From Oculina patagonica (lineage: Eukaryota): DNA of 64,000 nucleotides. Made by a program: the position numbers and the translations under genes. This document shows, piece by piece, positions 26,801-41,800 of the stretch. The DNA is taken from NCBI RefSeq assembly GCF_052425735.1, contig NC_135771.1:4526001-4590000 (forward strand), written 5' to 3'. Within the stretch, counting starts at the first letter, position 1. Every line of letters starts with the position of its first letter. The notes below the pieces were generated by a model. It was not told where the DNA came from, did not search any database, and was given only the letters and a program-made list of their open reading frames with translations.

Positions 26801-29800
26801 TTCACTCGGCCTAGGTATAGCACAGTTAGTTGTTGACTAATACTCGACAAGGCCTCAACAAAACTAACGATCACGAGCTGACATTGAGAGTCTGACTTCC
26901 TCGCTGAATTACACAATTGCAGAAGTACAACATGCAAGTACTTCCGCAACGCAAAATTATGGAACGCAGTGCATTTTTAAGTTGTCTGTAAAATCCTTAC
27001 AAATGTAAAAGCAACTTTATACACTTACCTGATCTGCAGCCATAGAACTCAGCTCTCATAGAGATGTATCCATACCAGCCCCACGGGTGGAGACGGAGAT
27101 ATCGAGTTTGTATTGGAGGAGACAGGACGTTTTCTGCGAGACTGATTCGGTCACGGTTGGCAGTGAAATACTATAAAAAATAAACGGTGAAGTTTTATAA
27201 TAAGTTGCAGAAACTCGAACAACATTTAATACGGAACTGGGCTAATACAAACTCTGCCAAAAACGTCCTTTGCGCTTCAAGGCCATGTCATATTGTGCGT
27301 TACCTATTTTCTGCAAAAGTACAAGTAGAAGTGTTGCAAGGCAGGTTTTGCCAAATATTGGACACTTTAACATGGTCAGCTTAACGTTACGAAACTTTTC
27401 TACTTAACTTTTGTCGAATGACACTTTCGTAAACAAACAGTCTTACGAAGAAACACAGTTGTGCTGCGTCAGTGACCAATACAGCTTAATATTCATCCAC
27501 CGTAAAGAAAAAGATGGCGACTGGTACATTTGCCTGTAATTCCTAGTGCGCGAAAACACTAAAAACGCTCACAAAAACGCACAGAAAAGCTCCAAAAGCT
27601 TCAAACACTATATGAACAATGTTGTTAATACAAGGACGAATTTCGCTGAAACGTTACTGTCTTTTATGCCCTACTGGCAGTCAGTGTTAGGTTCGCCAGG
27701 TATTGTGGTAAAATGTACAGCTGCCATCTTTTTCCATACGGTGGATTGATAAAGGCTAATTACTTATTACTGCCGTAGCAAATGTAGAAGCTCCGACGAA
27801 ACGAGAGCTCTCCAAATTTTCTATGGCAGTAAATTTGACTTGTAAAAGCTGAAAGCGAATTGCTTACTTCTGAGACACGTGAAATCTACATTGTATACAA
27901 CTTCTGCCCGGGGGGGGGGGGTACTCCCTATAATGGCCTATACGGGGAGGCTTCGCCCGAAAGGGGTACCTTTTTCAGGCTTCAGGTATATAAAAGGGTA
28001 GGAATTTCACGAGTTTAAGTATATGAAAGGGTATGGAAATCTGTCATTTGGCTATTTAAAAGGGTCTTTAATTAAAATATTTCGAACAGACGCAATTTAT
28101 GGCTGTATTATTTTAATTTATTAAGCGCTACCTAAAGGTGACAAGAAAACGTCCTATTTTAAGTCCACGCCATGTCTCTTAGGTATATGAAAGGGGTACC
28201 TTTTTTCAGTTAAAGGTATACGAAAGGGGTACAATTTCTGTCAAAAATGGTATATAAAAGGGTAAGGGGTTAGAACTTGGGGCGGAGCCTCCCCGTATAA
28301 AACTTTTCTGAGTGCCCCCCCCCGGGAACTTCTGTAAGCATCAAAGTAGCACAACTGACCTTATCCTGACTTCTCTGTCTGTATGTTGCCCAGTGCAGAG
28401 TATCCAAGCTGTATGTCAGCTTATATCTCTTGACCCACTGGTTAGCATCTCTTCTTCCCTGTGTGACAACCTTTCGTACAGTTGTAATCCTGCCAAAATC
28501 GACTTTAAACCACTGGTTATGATTATTTTGTCTGGCGATCCAGCAGAAAGGTTTGTGAAGTCGTCCATTTGCTGCTGTGTAGCGTGCATTGTAAGCGGAT
28601 GAGGAGGTGATTCTTGCATTGGGGATTCTTCCAGATTCCAAGCCCAGTGGACGGTTGCAGAGTGGTGCTACAAGGTAACAAAACAAAAACTTGTTAAAAA
28701 CATCCACACATTAAAATATAGTCAATCGTTATGTATATGTTGTGTTTCAAATATGTTTTTGATTGGAAATTTTTCAAAGCAGTTCGATTCCTATTTTTCT
28801 TTGTTTCAGATTACAAATATGTCAATAAGAAATGTAATCAAAGAGGAAAATAACAGACAAACTGATTTGAAAAGTTTAAAACTGAAAACAAATATACTAC
28901 TAGAGAAGCGTAAAGAGAAGTAAAATTGCTTGGTAAATGAAAGTACAGTCAACCCTCACTATAATGGACACCTTCGGGACCACAAATTGGTGTCCGTAAT
29001 AGAGAAAGTCCGTAAAAGCGGAAGTTATTTTCAGTAATTCTTTTTTGTCGGGACTTCAGGTTCTGTCCGTAATAACGTGGTGTCCGTAATAGTGAGGTGT
29101 CTGCAAGGCAGGAATTGACTGTAGCAATCAAATCAACGTTGATTTAGCCTAAATTTCTCAACTTGGTCATTATTTTGTACCCCCGCTTAATATTTTCAAG
29201 TCTTAATTATCTCCGTTGTTCTTTTTGGTCTATTTTAGTTGACTAAAATTTTCAGATTCTATTGGATTCAGGGACTATAACTTTGTACGTCGCAATGTAT
29301 GACTTTGGGCCTGTTTACATGATTCCGGAATGACTTTCATTCCGGAACGAGTTCATTCCATCCCCATACATTTCTCTGTATCTGTTTACATGATACCGAG
29401 ACGAAAGTCAAGTCATTCCGGAATGAAAGTTTCGTTCTGGAATGACATTTCATTCTGGTATCATGTAAACACAGAACGAATTTCGTTCCGAGATGAAATC
29501 GCAACTCATGAAACCGCATACGGACTCCTCAGTTTGAATTCAGAGCGAAAAAACGTAATAGCATTTACTGCTGAGCCCAAAAAAGCAACTCTATGGTCAA
29601 ATTACTCGTAAAAGCTGTAGATACGGCCATTAATGGGCACAAAAACATGTTTGCGCGAAACATGCGCCATCTTGTTTTGATCTCGCGCGAAACATGCGCC
29701 ACCTTGTTTTGATCTCGCGCGAAAACCGCGCACGTGAAAATGCCTTTGGTTGAACGGGTCGACTCTGTCATGTAAATGCAGAACGAACTTCATTCTGGAA

Positions 29801-32800
29801 CGAGTTTCGTTCCGGAATGAAAGTCATTCCGGAATCATGTAAACAGGCCCTTAGTACAATTACAGTGGCTTTGCTCAATTAACAACCTACCAATCGGACA
29901 TCCAATGAAGTCCACTCTCATAGACATCCAGCCGTACCAGGTCAAAGGATGAATACGGATATATGAAGCTGCAATTGATCTGGGGAAAGTGTTGGTCACT
30001 ATTGTGTGACGGTCACTGTTGGCTGAGAAAACCTGTAAAACAAGAATGCGAATAGCAGTGGGTGTAAATTATGCATATCATGTTCATCACCCACGTAATT
30101 TTTCTTCTTCACATCGTAACTCAATCATCTTACGGTATTGTTTGGTATTCTAAGATGGTTGTAAAATGCCAGTAAAAAGAAACGAGTAAAAAACCTGTTG
30201 TTGACTTTTTCACTATTATGCGAAGTAGACGAACCTGTCAATGGCCCTTATGCATGTTTACGTCAGACTGGCTGGTTTCACCACCAAGCCTCGCTTTCGA
30301 AGTGTAAACTTGTAAATTTTATCATGAACGAATTCCCAAAGCAGTAAAGATGAAAAGAATACCCACGTGAAAGCTGCATGAAGGTGGCATAGGGTTGAGA
30401 ATAATTCGTGTAAACGAGGCTTGGTGGTGGATTTTGAGCATATGACGTTATCATGCATAAGGCCTATTCTGACTAGCCTGGCGGTTTTCGCTATAGACAT
30501 CATAGTTTTAAACGAAGAATGAGAAACAGTTATCATAAATAAATTCGTCATCATTTAAAGAGAAAATAAACCTCTTTAGCTTCCTTCGTTTGTTGTCCCA
30601 TTTGAGTCCACGTGATGTTACCCTTGAGAATTATCCCTTTCAAATTCAAACAAATTCACGTGAAAATGAATGAATAATAGGCAAAGGAGCAGTTCTCTGG
30701 AAAACATCACATGATCTTAAATGGGCAAATTACATACGTAGCAAAAGAGGCCTATTTTACCTTATCAAAAACTAGCAATGGTATATTGCAATTCCTCAGT
30801 TTTCATTGGTTAACAGGCAATGGTATTTGAGCTCATATACCATTGACCACAAATATGGTAGCCAAAATTGCGTCAACGAAAACAGCTAGGGAGCTCAAAT
30901 ATTGCAATTCTTTCAGGGGCCTTTTTTTATAAAACAGTTATTCCACTCGCGCTTGCTGGATATGAGATCGTTATGGCCAACTCGGTGCTACGCGCTTCAT
31001 TGGCTATCTACCATTTCATATCCAACGCGCGTTCGTGTAATAACTGTTAAATATACCTGTTCTACCTCAAACCATTGCACAATCAGTATAGTAAGACCCC
31101 CTTTGTGTTACTTTAAAGTTTACGCTTCCCATACCTTTGGATACTTCACAAATTTATATCCATCTCTACTAAACGTCAAGATGAAGGTCTTGACCCACTG
31201 GTTAGCGTCTTGCCGACCTTGAGAGGATATTCCTGTGAGCCGTGCCAAGACTCCAAAGTAAACCTGAAGCCATTGGCCACGAGCGCTGCGCCGCGCACTC
31301 CATGACCAGCGGTTATTGATGCGGCCATGCCATGAAGCAAGGTGATAATTGTAGTACGTAGAGGCTGACATGGCGCCATTAGGTATGCGCTTATCTTCTA
31401 AACCAATCGGGACAGAGCATCGTGCTTTGAAAAAAGTTGAAATTTGGATGTAAGTGATAAATTTGGAAACCCGACCTACAGTTAACACTTGCGATTCGAC
31501 GTGCAATTCTTGTTCTCTGTTATGCTAACGTCTAAGCCGTGATGGGCTTTTCTTTATGTTACTTTGTATGCTCATGAAAAACGTTCTTCATTTAACATTT
31601 TCATTTTAAAATCTTGTGTCACACAAAAACGGTGAAAAAAATAGGTCGATCAGCAGCTATCGCAAGGTCTTGCATGAATGGCTCGATACCCTACGAAAGG
31701 TGCAATTGGTGCAATTCTTGTTTACTGTTATGCTTACGACAAAGCCAAAATTGCATTTTGTTTATTACTTTGTATGTTCATGAAAAACGTTCTTCATTTA
31801 ACATTTTCATTGAAAAAAGGGTCAGGCAGCAGGTCTCGCAATGTCTCACATGAATGGCTCGCTACTCTTCGAAAAAAATAAGAGAACAAACAACAGGAAC
31901 AATGCCCCTAGCCCCAAAAACAATCATGGCAGTTGCTACACTAGAGGGCCAGAAAAATCAAAAGATAACGAGAGCTGCTACTCAAAACATCCCGAAATAT
32001 TGCATGTGAAATAGCCATTTTTCTTTTAAAATTTTTTCTTAGAATTACATTTTCAAAACAATTACTGAAAATTTAGCAAATTGCTTCATTTTAAATTAAC
32101 GTTACCTTCAACACATCCATAGAACTCCACTCTCATAGAGATATGCTTGTACCATCCCCATGGATGAACCCGGATGTAACGAGCTATTACCCGTGGGAAC
32201 AAACGATATTGAACAATGGAATTCTGATCTCGGTTTCCTGTAAAGTACTAAAGTAAAATATAGAAGAATTAAGAATTAAATGTATTTGATTAAGAATTAA
32301 AACGGATCATACTTTTTTACGGGAAATTTACGTTCCATAAGTCCATGAGTGTTAATTTTATGGAGCGTTAATTTCTGTGGCGTGATTTCATTTGCGTTAA
32401 TTTTCAAAGAGATGGGTGCAGGTAAATTGTTTGAGAAACCTAACAAAGATGACCAAATTAGTACTACTGCAACAGGGCAAAATTTATTGGGCAATATTTC
32501 ACCTACAGAGCTAGCCTTCCTTAGGAAAAAAACGGCTCTAAAATTTTAATTCGGAGTATACAATTAACAAGTAAAAGTTGCATGAAGATATATGGGCCGT
32601 TAATTTCCTTACATTATAGTACAGGCCCTAGCTCTGCTAGTTGAGTTATTGGCCAATTAATTTTGCCCTTTTTCCATAGTGCCAGCCTTGCAATCAATTT
32701 GGTTTTATTTACACCTTGAGTGAAGTCTGGTACGAGCAGGCAACAGAAAATCGAAGTAGCTTTATTCTTCCTTGTGTGGTCTTCTGCATCCAAACAGTTT

Positions 32801-35800
32801 TTCTTCTTTTTTGGAACAGGCCGTGAGCAACTAGCATTTCACTTTATGCTACATGTCTTACATATGTCTTGGCATAGTTTGAGCTCTTACCTTTCTTGCA
32901 CTGTTCAGTTTATATTCAGCGAAGTAGACACCATCCTGACCGTATGACACATAATACTGAGTCACCCACTGACGGGCATCTTGTCGTCCCTGGGTAGCCA
33001 TTTTAGTGATTCGCATTGTGCGACCAAAATCAACCGCGAGCCACTGGTACCGATTATTGTGACGTGCACACCAGGCTCCCATCCTATGACCTGATCTTCG
33101 GAAATGGAGTCTGCCGTTGTTGGGAGCATGGTTTTTGTCCCAGCTAGACGAGGCAGTTATCTGTGTGGCTCGCAAACGGCCATTTTGCATTCCTAATGGT
33201 TTGTTACATTGTGGGCCTGATAAAAGATGAGTTGTAAGGAATAAAAATCTTGATTTAAAGTAAAAGTTCATTCTTTCACATGGTAAAGCATTTAATTACT
33301 GCAAAAACTATCATGAGACAGGGCTTGCCAAAATATGATGAGGGAAAAAAATTCAAATTATTAGAATTCGTCAGAAGAGAAGGTATAGAGGTTGAAAGAC
33401 TGGAATAGCTCCATACAAACCATTTCTATACAACGCGATTCGTTACTGACGTCAGTGATGACATTTTGCCAACTTAGCATACAGCTTTCGTAAGTGAAAG
33501 CATCATGCCATACAAAGATTGCTTGTGAAACTTAGCAATATGCGAAAATATTAGCTCTTTGCGTGTAACATTTTAAGAAATTACGGCTTTAAAACATGCT
33601 AAATTGCTGGGTAGTGTTAATACATTCTCTGCAAAATCTTTTAAAAGTCTTTAAACTCGCGTTACTCAAAAACTATTAATGCATCGGGCTCAAATTTCTA
33701 GGGACAAAAACGGCAAACCCCCGTGCCATGCCTATTTAATATTCAGCGTTCATACTTGTGTAGCTCGATCAGAGACTGAAGCGCTTATGCTAATGAGAAA
33801 ATTAAGGGATGGACAAAGATTCGCCTACAGGAAGAGTGATCGTTTTAGGCTAATCGCCATGTTTTCTATTTACATATTCATTTTACTTACCGACAATACA
33901 ACCAAAGAATTCCACTCTCATTGATATCCAGCTTCGCCAGGTGACAGGGTGGATTCTAAAGTAGCGAGCCTTGATGGGCCTCAGGAAACGGTTAGTTACA
34001 ACCATGAAGCGGTCATAGTTTCCAGAAAAGATCTGTTGAAGATAAAATCAAGTGTGAAAATATAAGCAACATAGCCGATTTTTGGCGATTAAATATAATA
34101 GGAACTTCATTCGGATCCAAATGATAAAGAAAAAGGTAAGAAGGTAACTAAATCGACAAATAGATATAAATGATCCATCAGTAATTTCCAAAAATTTCCA
34201 TTCCCACAGAGGCTAGTGGAGCATTTGATAACGTCGAAGTCCCAAGGGTGGGACAACTCTCCCAGGGCATTTCAAACCCTCTTAGGTTTGGCCTAACAAT
34301 TACAGAGAAGTCCAACATGGCTTTGTTTAAAGACTTGTTGGGGAAGACGAAGAATCGAACGAATTTGTGTGTTAATGTAACACTTTACTTACAAAATTCG
34401 ATGTTGTATTAACGGAGCACAACAAGTTATTACGGCAATATTGCGACAGATAGCAAAAAATATTCTGTATGGCAGCACAGTTTACTCTAAAACAGTAAAA
34501 CAATAAGTACTTGAACCTTAAAACTCGAATGAATAAAACAATTTCTAAACCAGCTTGCACAAAATGAACAGCAATGTACTGACCTTTGTCCTCCGACCTT
34601 CCTTGTATGTAATAAACCTTTGACCTCTACTGCTGAATGACACATAATAACTAGTAACCCATTGGTCAGCGTTCTGACGTCCTTGAGTAGAAACCCTAGT
34701 GACCACTGTGTCAGTTCCAAAGTCCACTTGAAGCCACTGTCTATTGTTTCTTTTGCGTGAGCACCAGGCTCCTCCGTTCCTTCCAGCGCGGCGTTGATGC
34801 AGTCTTGCATTTCTTGCCGCACACCAGAAGTTGTACGAGGACGAGGCTCTGAACATTGGGTTTGGTATGCGGCCGTCTTCTAAACCAAGTGGAACGTCAC
34901 ATTTACCTGTGGAAAGATGCACACCCCAACAATCAGTGTAAGGGACAAGATTTAGAAAAGTTAATTGTAATTTATTTAATTACGTAATACGGAAGAGCTC
35001 TCAGTAGCTCGCTAGAAAGTGTACGTGTAACGAAAATTGCAACTGTTTTTGTGGAGGAAAGAAAAAACAGGGAACCTGGAACATGGACGTGATCCACTAA
35101 CAAACTTAACCCACGTATGACGCCAGAGGATTCGATCCCGGGCCACATTGGTGAAAGGCAAGCACTCTCATCACTGCGCCATCCCTGCTTCTTTCAATGA
35201 TGTCCAAAAGGACCAAACATAATTAAAATACTTACTTATGGTTATTGTTGAATGAGTTCACGGAGCACCCACGAGATAACAGAGCACACGCCAAACATGT
35301 AATTACGAATGCAGTCAACTCTCTCTCTCAACGGACACTTTTATAAGACGGACACCTGGTGATGTTCCCTGACGTTTTTCAGTCATTTTCTTGTTACTTA
35401 ACTCCCTATCGACGGTATCCTTTTTAGAAAGAGTTGACTGTATTTGAGTTCTGCTGTTTATTGGGTCTGTTCTGCGATAATTCTGCTTTTAGTTTTACAA
35501 CAGAAGACGTTAGACTTACTCCAAGGACAGCCATACAACTCTAATCTCATGGAAATATGAGCCCTCCAGCCTCGTGGTACAAGCCGAACAAATCTTCCAT
35601 ACAGCGGTGGATCGAATGATCTGGTCTGAACTCCGTTTCTATCGTAGTTGCCTCGGAACGTCTGTACATGAGCAAAAGAAGATATAGTGTAACTAAAATA
35701 CTGGACAAATATTAGTATGGATTAAATGTAACGTTATTGTAAATCATTTTCTGATGTGCAAAATTACTTGCAAGTTGAGAAGATAACACCTTTACAAGGA

Positions 35801-38800
35801 AATAAACTTCAAAGAAAATGCATTAAACAGAAATTAAACAAGGATTACCACTGAAAAAATAACGTCAGATAACGAACGGCAAACTTGAAAAAAACGGTCA
35901 GTTATTTCAAGATGAGCCGTCCGCAATGTAGCTAAGAAATCTTCATAAGTATTGGAAAGAACATGATGAAATAAAAAATAAAATGTTGCTTGTTTGCAAA
36001 ACAACGAGGAAATGAAAAGTACACTGGGTCTGTTTTCACAACGATAATTGGCATCAGTTAAAATGGTATTTCTTATTTAATCTAACTTTTTATATTATTT
36101 ATCAGCTTTGCTATTAAATAGGTAATGAACTCGATAAGTTAACTTGTTATTTATTATATATGTCGGTAGACGCAAAGAAAACAAGGTTAACAAAACACGT
36201 TCAATTCACCTTAATGTTATCCCACCATTCTCTGACAGAAGAGAAACGTGTTCCATCTGAACCATACAAGATATAATACGCCGTTACCCACTGGTCAGCA
36301 TCCTGTCGTCCCTGAGTATTTATACCTGACACCTTCATTGTCCTTCCCATGTCTACTTGCAGCCACTGATGATGGTTTTTATGTCGAGAAGACCAAGCCC
36401 CCATGAGCCGACCGCGGCGCGTACGGTGAAGTCTGGCCAACCAAGGGCCATGGTTTGCATCCCACTGAGACGAGGCTGTCATGGCTGAATTCTTGATACG
36501 GCCATTTTGAATTCCAACAGGACGATTGCAGAAATTCTCTGTGAGAATGAAGGCAAATATAAGCATTGTACGTTGTGGTAAATACTTGTACACTTTGCTT
36601 GGGTATAGTGAATGCATTTCAGTCACATTCAAAATAGTCTGAATCATTTAAGCAAACCTCTCTCTATGTCAAAGCTGATAACAAACTGACATATATTATA
36701 ACAACCTTTGCACAAGGACCCGTTTCTCCTAGGGTGGCTGTAGATATGTAGTGAGTACCCTGCTACTCAAAACGCAATAATAAGGGGGAAAAAAGCTCAC
36801 CTCGCGCTCGACAGCCATAAAGCTCTACTCTCATCGCAATATAACTTCGCCAGCTTCTTGGATGCAATCGGACAAAACGTGCCTTGATTGCTGGTACAAT
36901 TCGATGTGATACAGTGTGGTATATGTCGTAATTACCACGGAAAACCTGAAAAGAAGAGGACGCTTTTTTTCAGGAATTTTTAGCCTAGCATATTAATGCT
37001 GCAAAAATACATTTCAATAAACAAACAGTGCAAGTCGAAGGTAAACAACAATCACGATTAACATATAATTTTTACTTTCCCTTTTCTCACGAAAAAGAAT
37101 GATTTATATGAAAAAGACTAAAATCGTCTTGCACCACACAAATACTTACAGCATATTTATAAATTATGCTAGAAAATAGGATAGGCTGGAAACGTTTGCA
37201 CAATCGACCTTCACTTTTACAGGTGTGGAACGTTAATAACATAAAATTTTCCTTACTAACACATTATGGCTTGACTGTTTTGTTTTCAGAGAAGTTATGT
37301 TAACTGCACGTATCCTACCTTAACCCGCCCATAGGCATTGTACATCTTGAATCGCAGCCCCCTTCTACTGTATGAGATCATGTAACTCTTCACCCATTGA
37401 TGGGCTTCTCTCCGTCCTTGTGTAGCGATTCCTTTGATGACACCCATTTGCCTCAAGTCAATCTGCAGCCACTGTTTGGTGTTCCTATACTTTGCTACCC
37501 AGGCCCCTGTTCGTCCATGACCGTTATAAATGTTCAGACGTGCTCGGTCTGGTCCGTGGTTATAGTTGTGCGAAGACGAGGCCCGAAGATGACCCGACAG
37601 GATTCGACGATCCTCCATACCAAGAGGCATTGTGCAACGATCTAAGGTACAATATCACATTTAGAAGGAATTACAGTGCGACGCGCCTTATCGTGGCCAC
37701 CCAACAAACGTTTCTACAAGTTTCATCTTGTGATATTTTACGTTTCCACTGCGTTTTGTTGAATAAATACAATGTAACAAGTATCTATTTGATCATATCC
37801 AACTTTGCAAGGAGGCATGTTCGTCAAACAAATAATAATATTACGAGAGCACACTTGTAAAAACGTTTGTTTGTTGGGTGGCCACGGTAAGGCGCGTCGC
37901 ACTGTAAGCATATCAATTATAACAGACAAGAAAGAAAAGAAGACCAATACACGTCAACCAAGCTTGAAAGTCCACGTTCATAGTGGCTAAAGACAACGAT
38001 TATTTCGAGAGAAATGAATTTCTAAGTGACATGAACAATTTTTATTGATGTACCTGTGTAGCATCCATAAAATTCGACCCTCATGGAAATATGGGAACGC
38101 CATCCCCAAGGCACCACTCTGATTACACGGCCTTTGATTGGTGGATTGAAGGGATTCATGACGACGGTGTTACGGTCACGGTTGCCCGTAAAGTACTGTT
38201 AATGGAAGCAAAGAAAAAATTACGATAAATAACTGAAAATTATCTTTCTTTATAATTCTTAAATGTATAGGTTTATATGTATGGCTCATTTTATATTTGC
38301 ACTGTCAAAACTAACCATTTTGTAGAAAAACATAACTTACAACTTTTCCTCTCCATGTAGCTTTAAAGATGAATTCCAGTCCGTACTGCGCAATCTCGGC
38401 TGCAATGTTTATGTGAGCCCACACGAAGGGAATGTTTACAAGCAAAACTAAAAATTCCGCGACAAACTTACCTTTTTCTTCATTATTAACGCCAGATATC
38501 CTTGCAGAACAAATAATAACGAGTAGAAGAACCTTGACGCTATTTCAAACCGACGTTTTAGCTCATCGGAACTTCTTGAACGGAACGAACTGTAATGGCG
38601 GACTAAAAAACGTCATGTATGCTGTCACCGAAGTGTAACGTTTCAACGAATTCAAAACAAAAACGTAAACAAAGCCCGAGTCTGCGCAGTACGGACTGGA
38701 AATCATCTTTAAACTTCAATGGTCCATTTTAACCAGAATATAATACAATTGAATTCGAAGTCAGAATTTTGAGGCTGTTTTATTGCAACTACTTGCTGGT

Positions 38801-41800
38801 TTACAACTTTTCAGGTTGGCACAAACACAAAGCAACTTGTTTCAGGGGCCGACTTGTCTTTGCAACAAGTCGTCTCTTGTGTCCCGACCCTAAATATCCT
38901 TGTTAACACAACTTTCATTGTAAAATATATAAATTTTAGGGCATTTTCACTAAAGTCTCGAAAGTAATTCGCGCTTGCTTTGGGTTTAGTGATTGGTTTA
39001 AAAAACCGCCACTTTCTCTTCTAATCGGAAGTAAAACCAAAACCAATCAAGACTTGCTCATGCACGTTTGCCTGCACTTGGCGTCGGCTACATGTATTTG
39101 CTTTGAATTTTGATTGGATCACTAGATTGTCTGTGTCTTTTGTGATTAGCCAGAGTCAACTTTGGTTTGGTTTTACGACACTCAATCGAAAATCCCTCTG
39201 GCGATGCACATACCTTTCTGTTATTGCGTTCTTTGTATTCATCAAAGCGAATTCCATCCAAGCTGTGTAACACATAATACTGAGTAACCCACTGAGCAGC
39301 ATTTGCTCTTCCTTGAGTGGCTATCCTGATGATTTTTGCTGCTTTTCCAAAGTCTATTTGTAGCCACTGATAACGGTTGTTGTGTTTTGCTGACCACGCA
39401 CCCTGGTATCTTCCACGGGCATTCCAGTGGAGTCGCGCCAAGTCTGCTGCGTGATATTTGTCCCATCGAGATGATGCGGATAGCAGACGGTTATTGAGTC
39501 GACCTGATTGAAGTCCCATTGGTTGATTGCACCGGCGACCTGTGAGAGGCATGTAAGAATTTGAAAGCAATGAGAAAAAATGTCACAAAATTCACTTCAA
39601 CCATAGTTAATAGAGGGTAATGGTTATGAGGCCCGGCAAAGTTCTTTGTTATAGGTTTTCAGGGTTCAAAATAAAATTTCGTTTTTAGCCTGAATTTGTC
39701 GGCTTTTTTTGTCAAGGCTCATTTTTTCCCAGCTGTTAAAAGAGCCATGCATTTTCAAGGGACACAATCCATTTGCATACATGACGTACCCATAGGACGT
39801 ACCCATAGGTTTGCAATGTATTCTGGAGCGATTTCAAACACAGTCAGCCCTCTGCAAGCTTTCCGAAGTGATGGAATGTTTTACGGCATTTCAAAAGAAT
39901 GGATTGGAGCAATGTGACTTCTTTTCTTATTTTGAGTGTTTGAGAAGTAAATAAGATCTTCCAATATACTTTTCTGGAGGGACACAATACCTGAGAAGGT
40001 GGGGCAGCCCGTTATTCACCTTAACACAGAAATGAAGTCGTACATGTAAAACCGTAAAACCAAAAGTTTTAGTCGCCAAAGATGAAATTTTGGTCGCATT
40101 AATGCAGTAAGTCGCACTCTCTAGCCCTGTAGCTGCTTTATTGTCTGATATGAAATGTTTACTTCAACATTCCAGCAACTTTGATTTCAGTCGGCCGATC
40201 AAGGCATGATATTCTATTTCTTCGGTAGTAGCCGGCAAGTGTCGTCAAAGTGCCGGCTACCGCCGACAGCCGGCTGCTATTTTGAACCCTGGGTTTTTGT
40301 TTGTTATTTTTGGAGGTCGAGAGTGCACAAAACCTGACAATAGGTGGTTACGTGTTAAGAAAAATAGGTGGTTACGTATTTTTATGCAACAAACCAATAA
40401 AAACATTTCGATTACGTTGCTCATGTATAGTCAGATGAACGCAAAACAAACGACGTGCACGGTCATGGCCATTCCAACCTAAATCTTGGCCTCTTTATGT
40501 GCTTCTTTGATGTTTGCCAGGCTTCCTAACGATTTTCCTCTAACTTTTAGCTTTAACTTTTAATCTCATTTTCCAGTCCAAATCCCATTTCCCTGCCTAT
40601 CGTTGACCAATTTTGTCCAAATCCCATTCCTTATTTCAATGTTTTTTGTTTGATTCCCAGTCCCAGTGACCCAAATCTCTTTTTCCCAGTGAAAATTTCC
40701 CCAAATGGCAGTTCCAACTTAAGCCCTTCAGACTCCTCACATGTCCCCCAGCAAGACTCAATCCATTGCACTTACCCCGTATACATCCATAGAGTTCCAC
40801 ACGCATAGCAATGTGTCCATACCATGATCTGACATTCACACGAACATAACGAGCTGCAAATGGCTTGAATAAACGATGGGTAACAACGAAGTACCGTTCT
40901 TGATTGGCTGGGAAGATCTGTTTGAAACATTCAAGATAGCAACGAAAAAGAAGTTATATATCACAAGTTAAAAGAGCGTAACCTACCATTAAAGGAGCAA
41001 TGTCACGATATTTCAAGTCATTTTTCTGATTACTTTCAAATTGAAGGACACCCTCTAACTCGAAATAATAGTTTGCTAACATAGAAAAACAACATAGGGG
41101 TAATAAAACGCAAACGAAGGATTACAAACGGCAAGCTTGAAACAGTTTTCGTTGTCCATGACATAGCTCCTTTAAAAATCGGCAGAAGTATAGAATTTCA
41201 AATTTGATAACATGCATTTTTAAATCATACACATAAATTTAATACAAAGAAAATGACCTTACTACCTCATAATTTTAAGTAAACAATTTTGATTATATAC
41301 AGCACTGTAAATGTAACTAAACAAATACCTTTGCGGGCGATTTAAAGGATAACATTTTCCTTTCTGGGCACTGTTCGATGAACGCGACCAACGTTTACAA
41401 AATTTCGTTTGATACTGCGAAATGCCGCAAATTTTCGCTTTTTTAAATTTTCGCACCATTTTAATAATTTTTAAAGCAAGCCAATTACGTTACATCCTAT
41501 CTACTAACCCTTGTCCTTCTGTTCTCCCTATAAGGATAAAACCGGACTCCATTCTGACTGTATGACAGAGTGTAACTAGTGACCCATTGATTAGCATCAT
41601 ATCGACCTTGAGTAGAAATTCTCTTCACAACAGACTTGGCTCCAAGGTCAATCTGCAGCCACTGTCGGTTGTTGTTGACCTTTGCTAACCACCCACCACG
41701 GGTCGCACCGTAGTTACGAGCTTGTAATCTAGCAGACCAAGGGCCATAGTAGCGATTGTAGAACGAGGAGGCAGAAAACATAGACTGTATAATACGACCA

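Noticed and set aside
31500-31870. Intronic tandem duplication of about 208 bp; also a 36-bp duplication near 46214-46290 and poly-T at 20823-20862
   Set aside because: Ordinary local slippage with no evident function.
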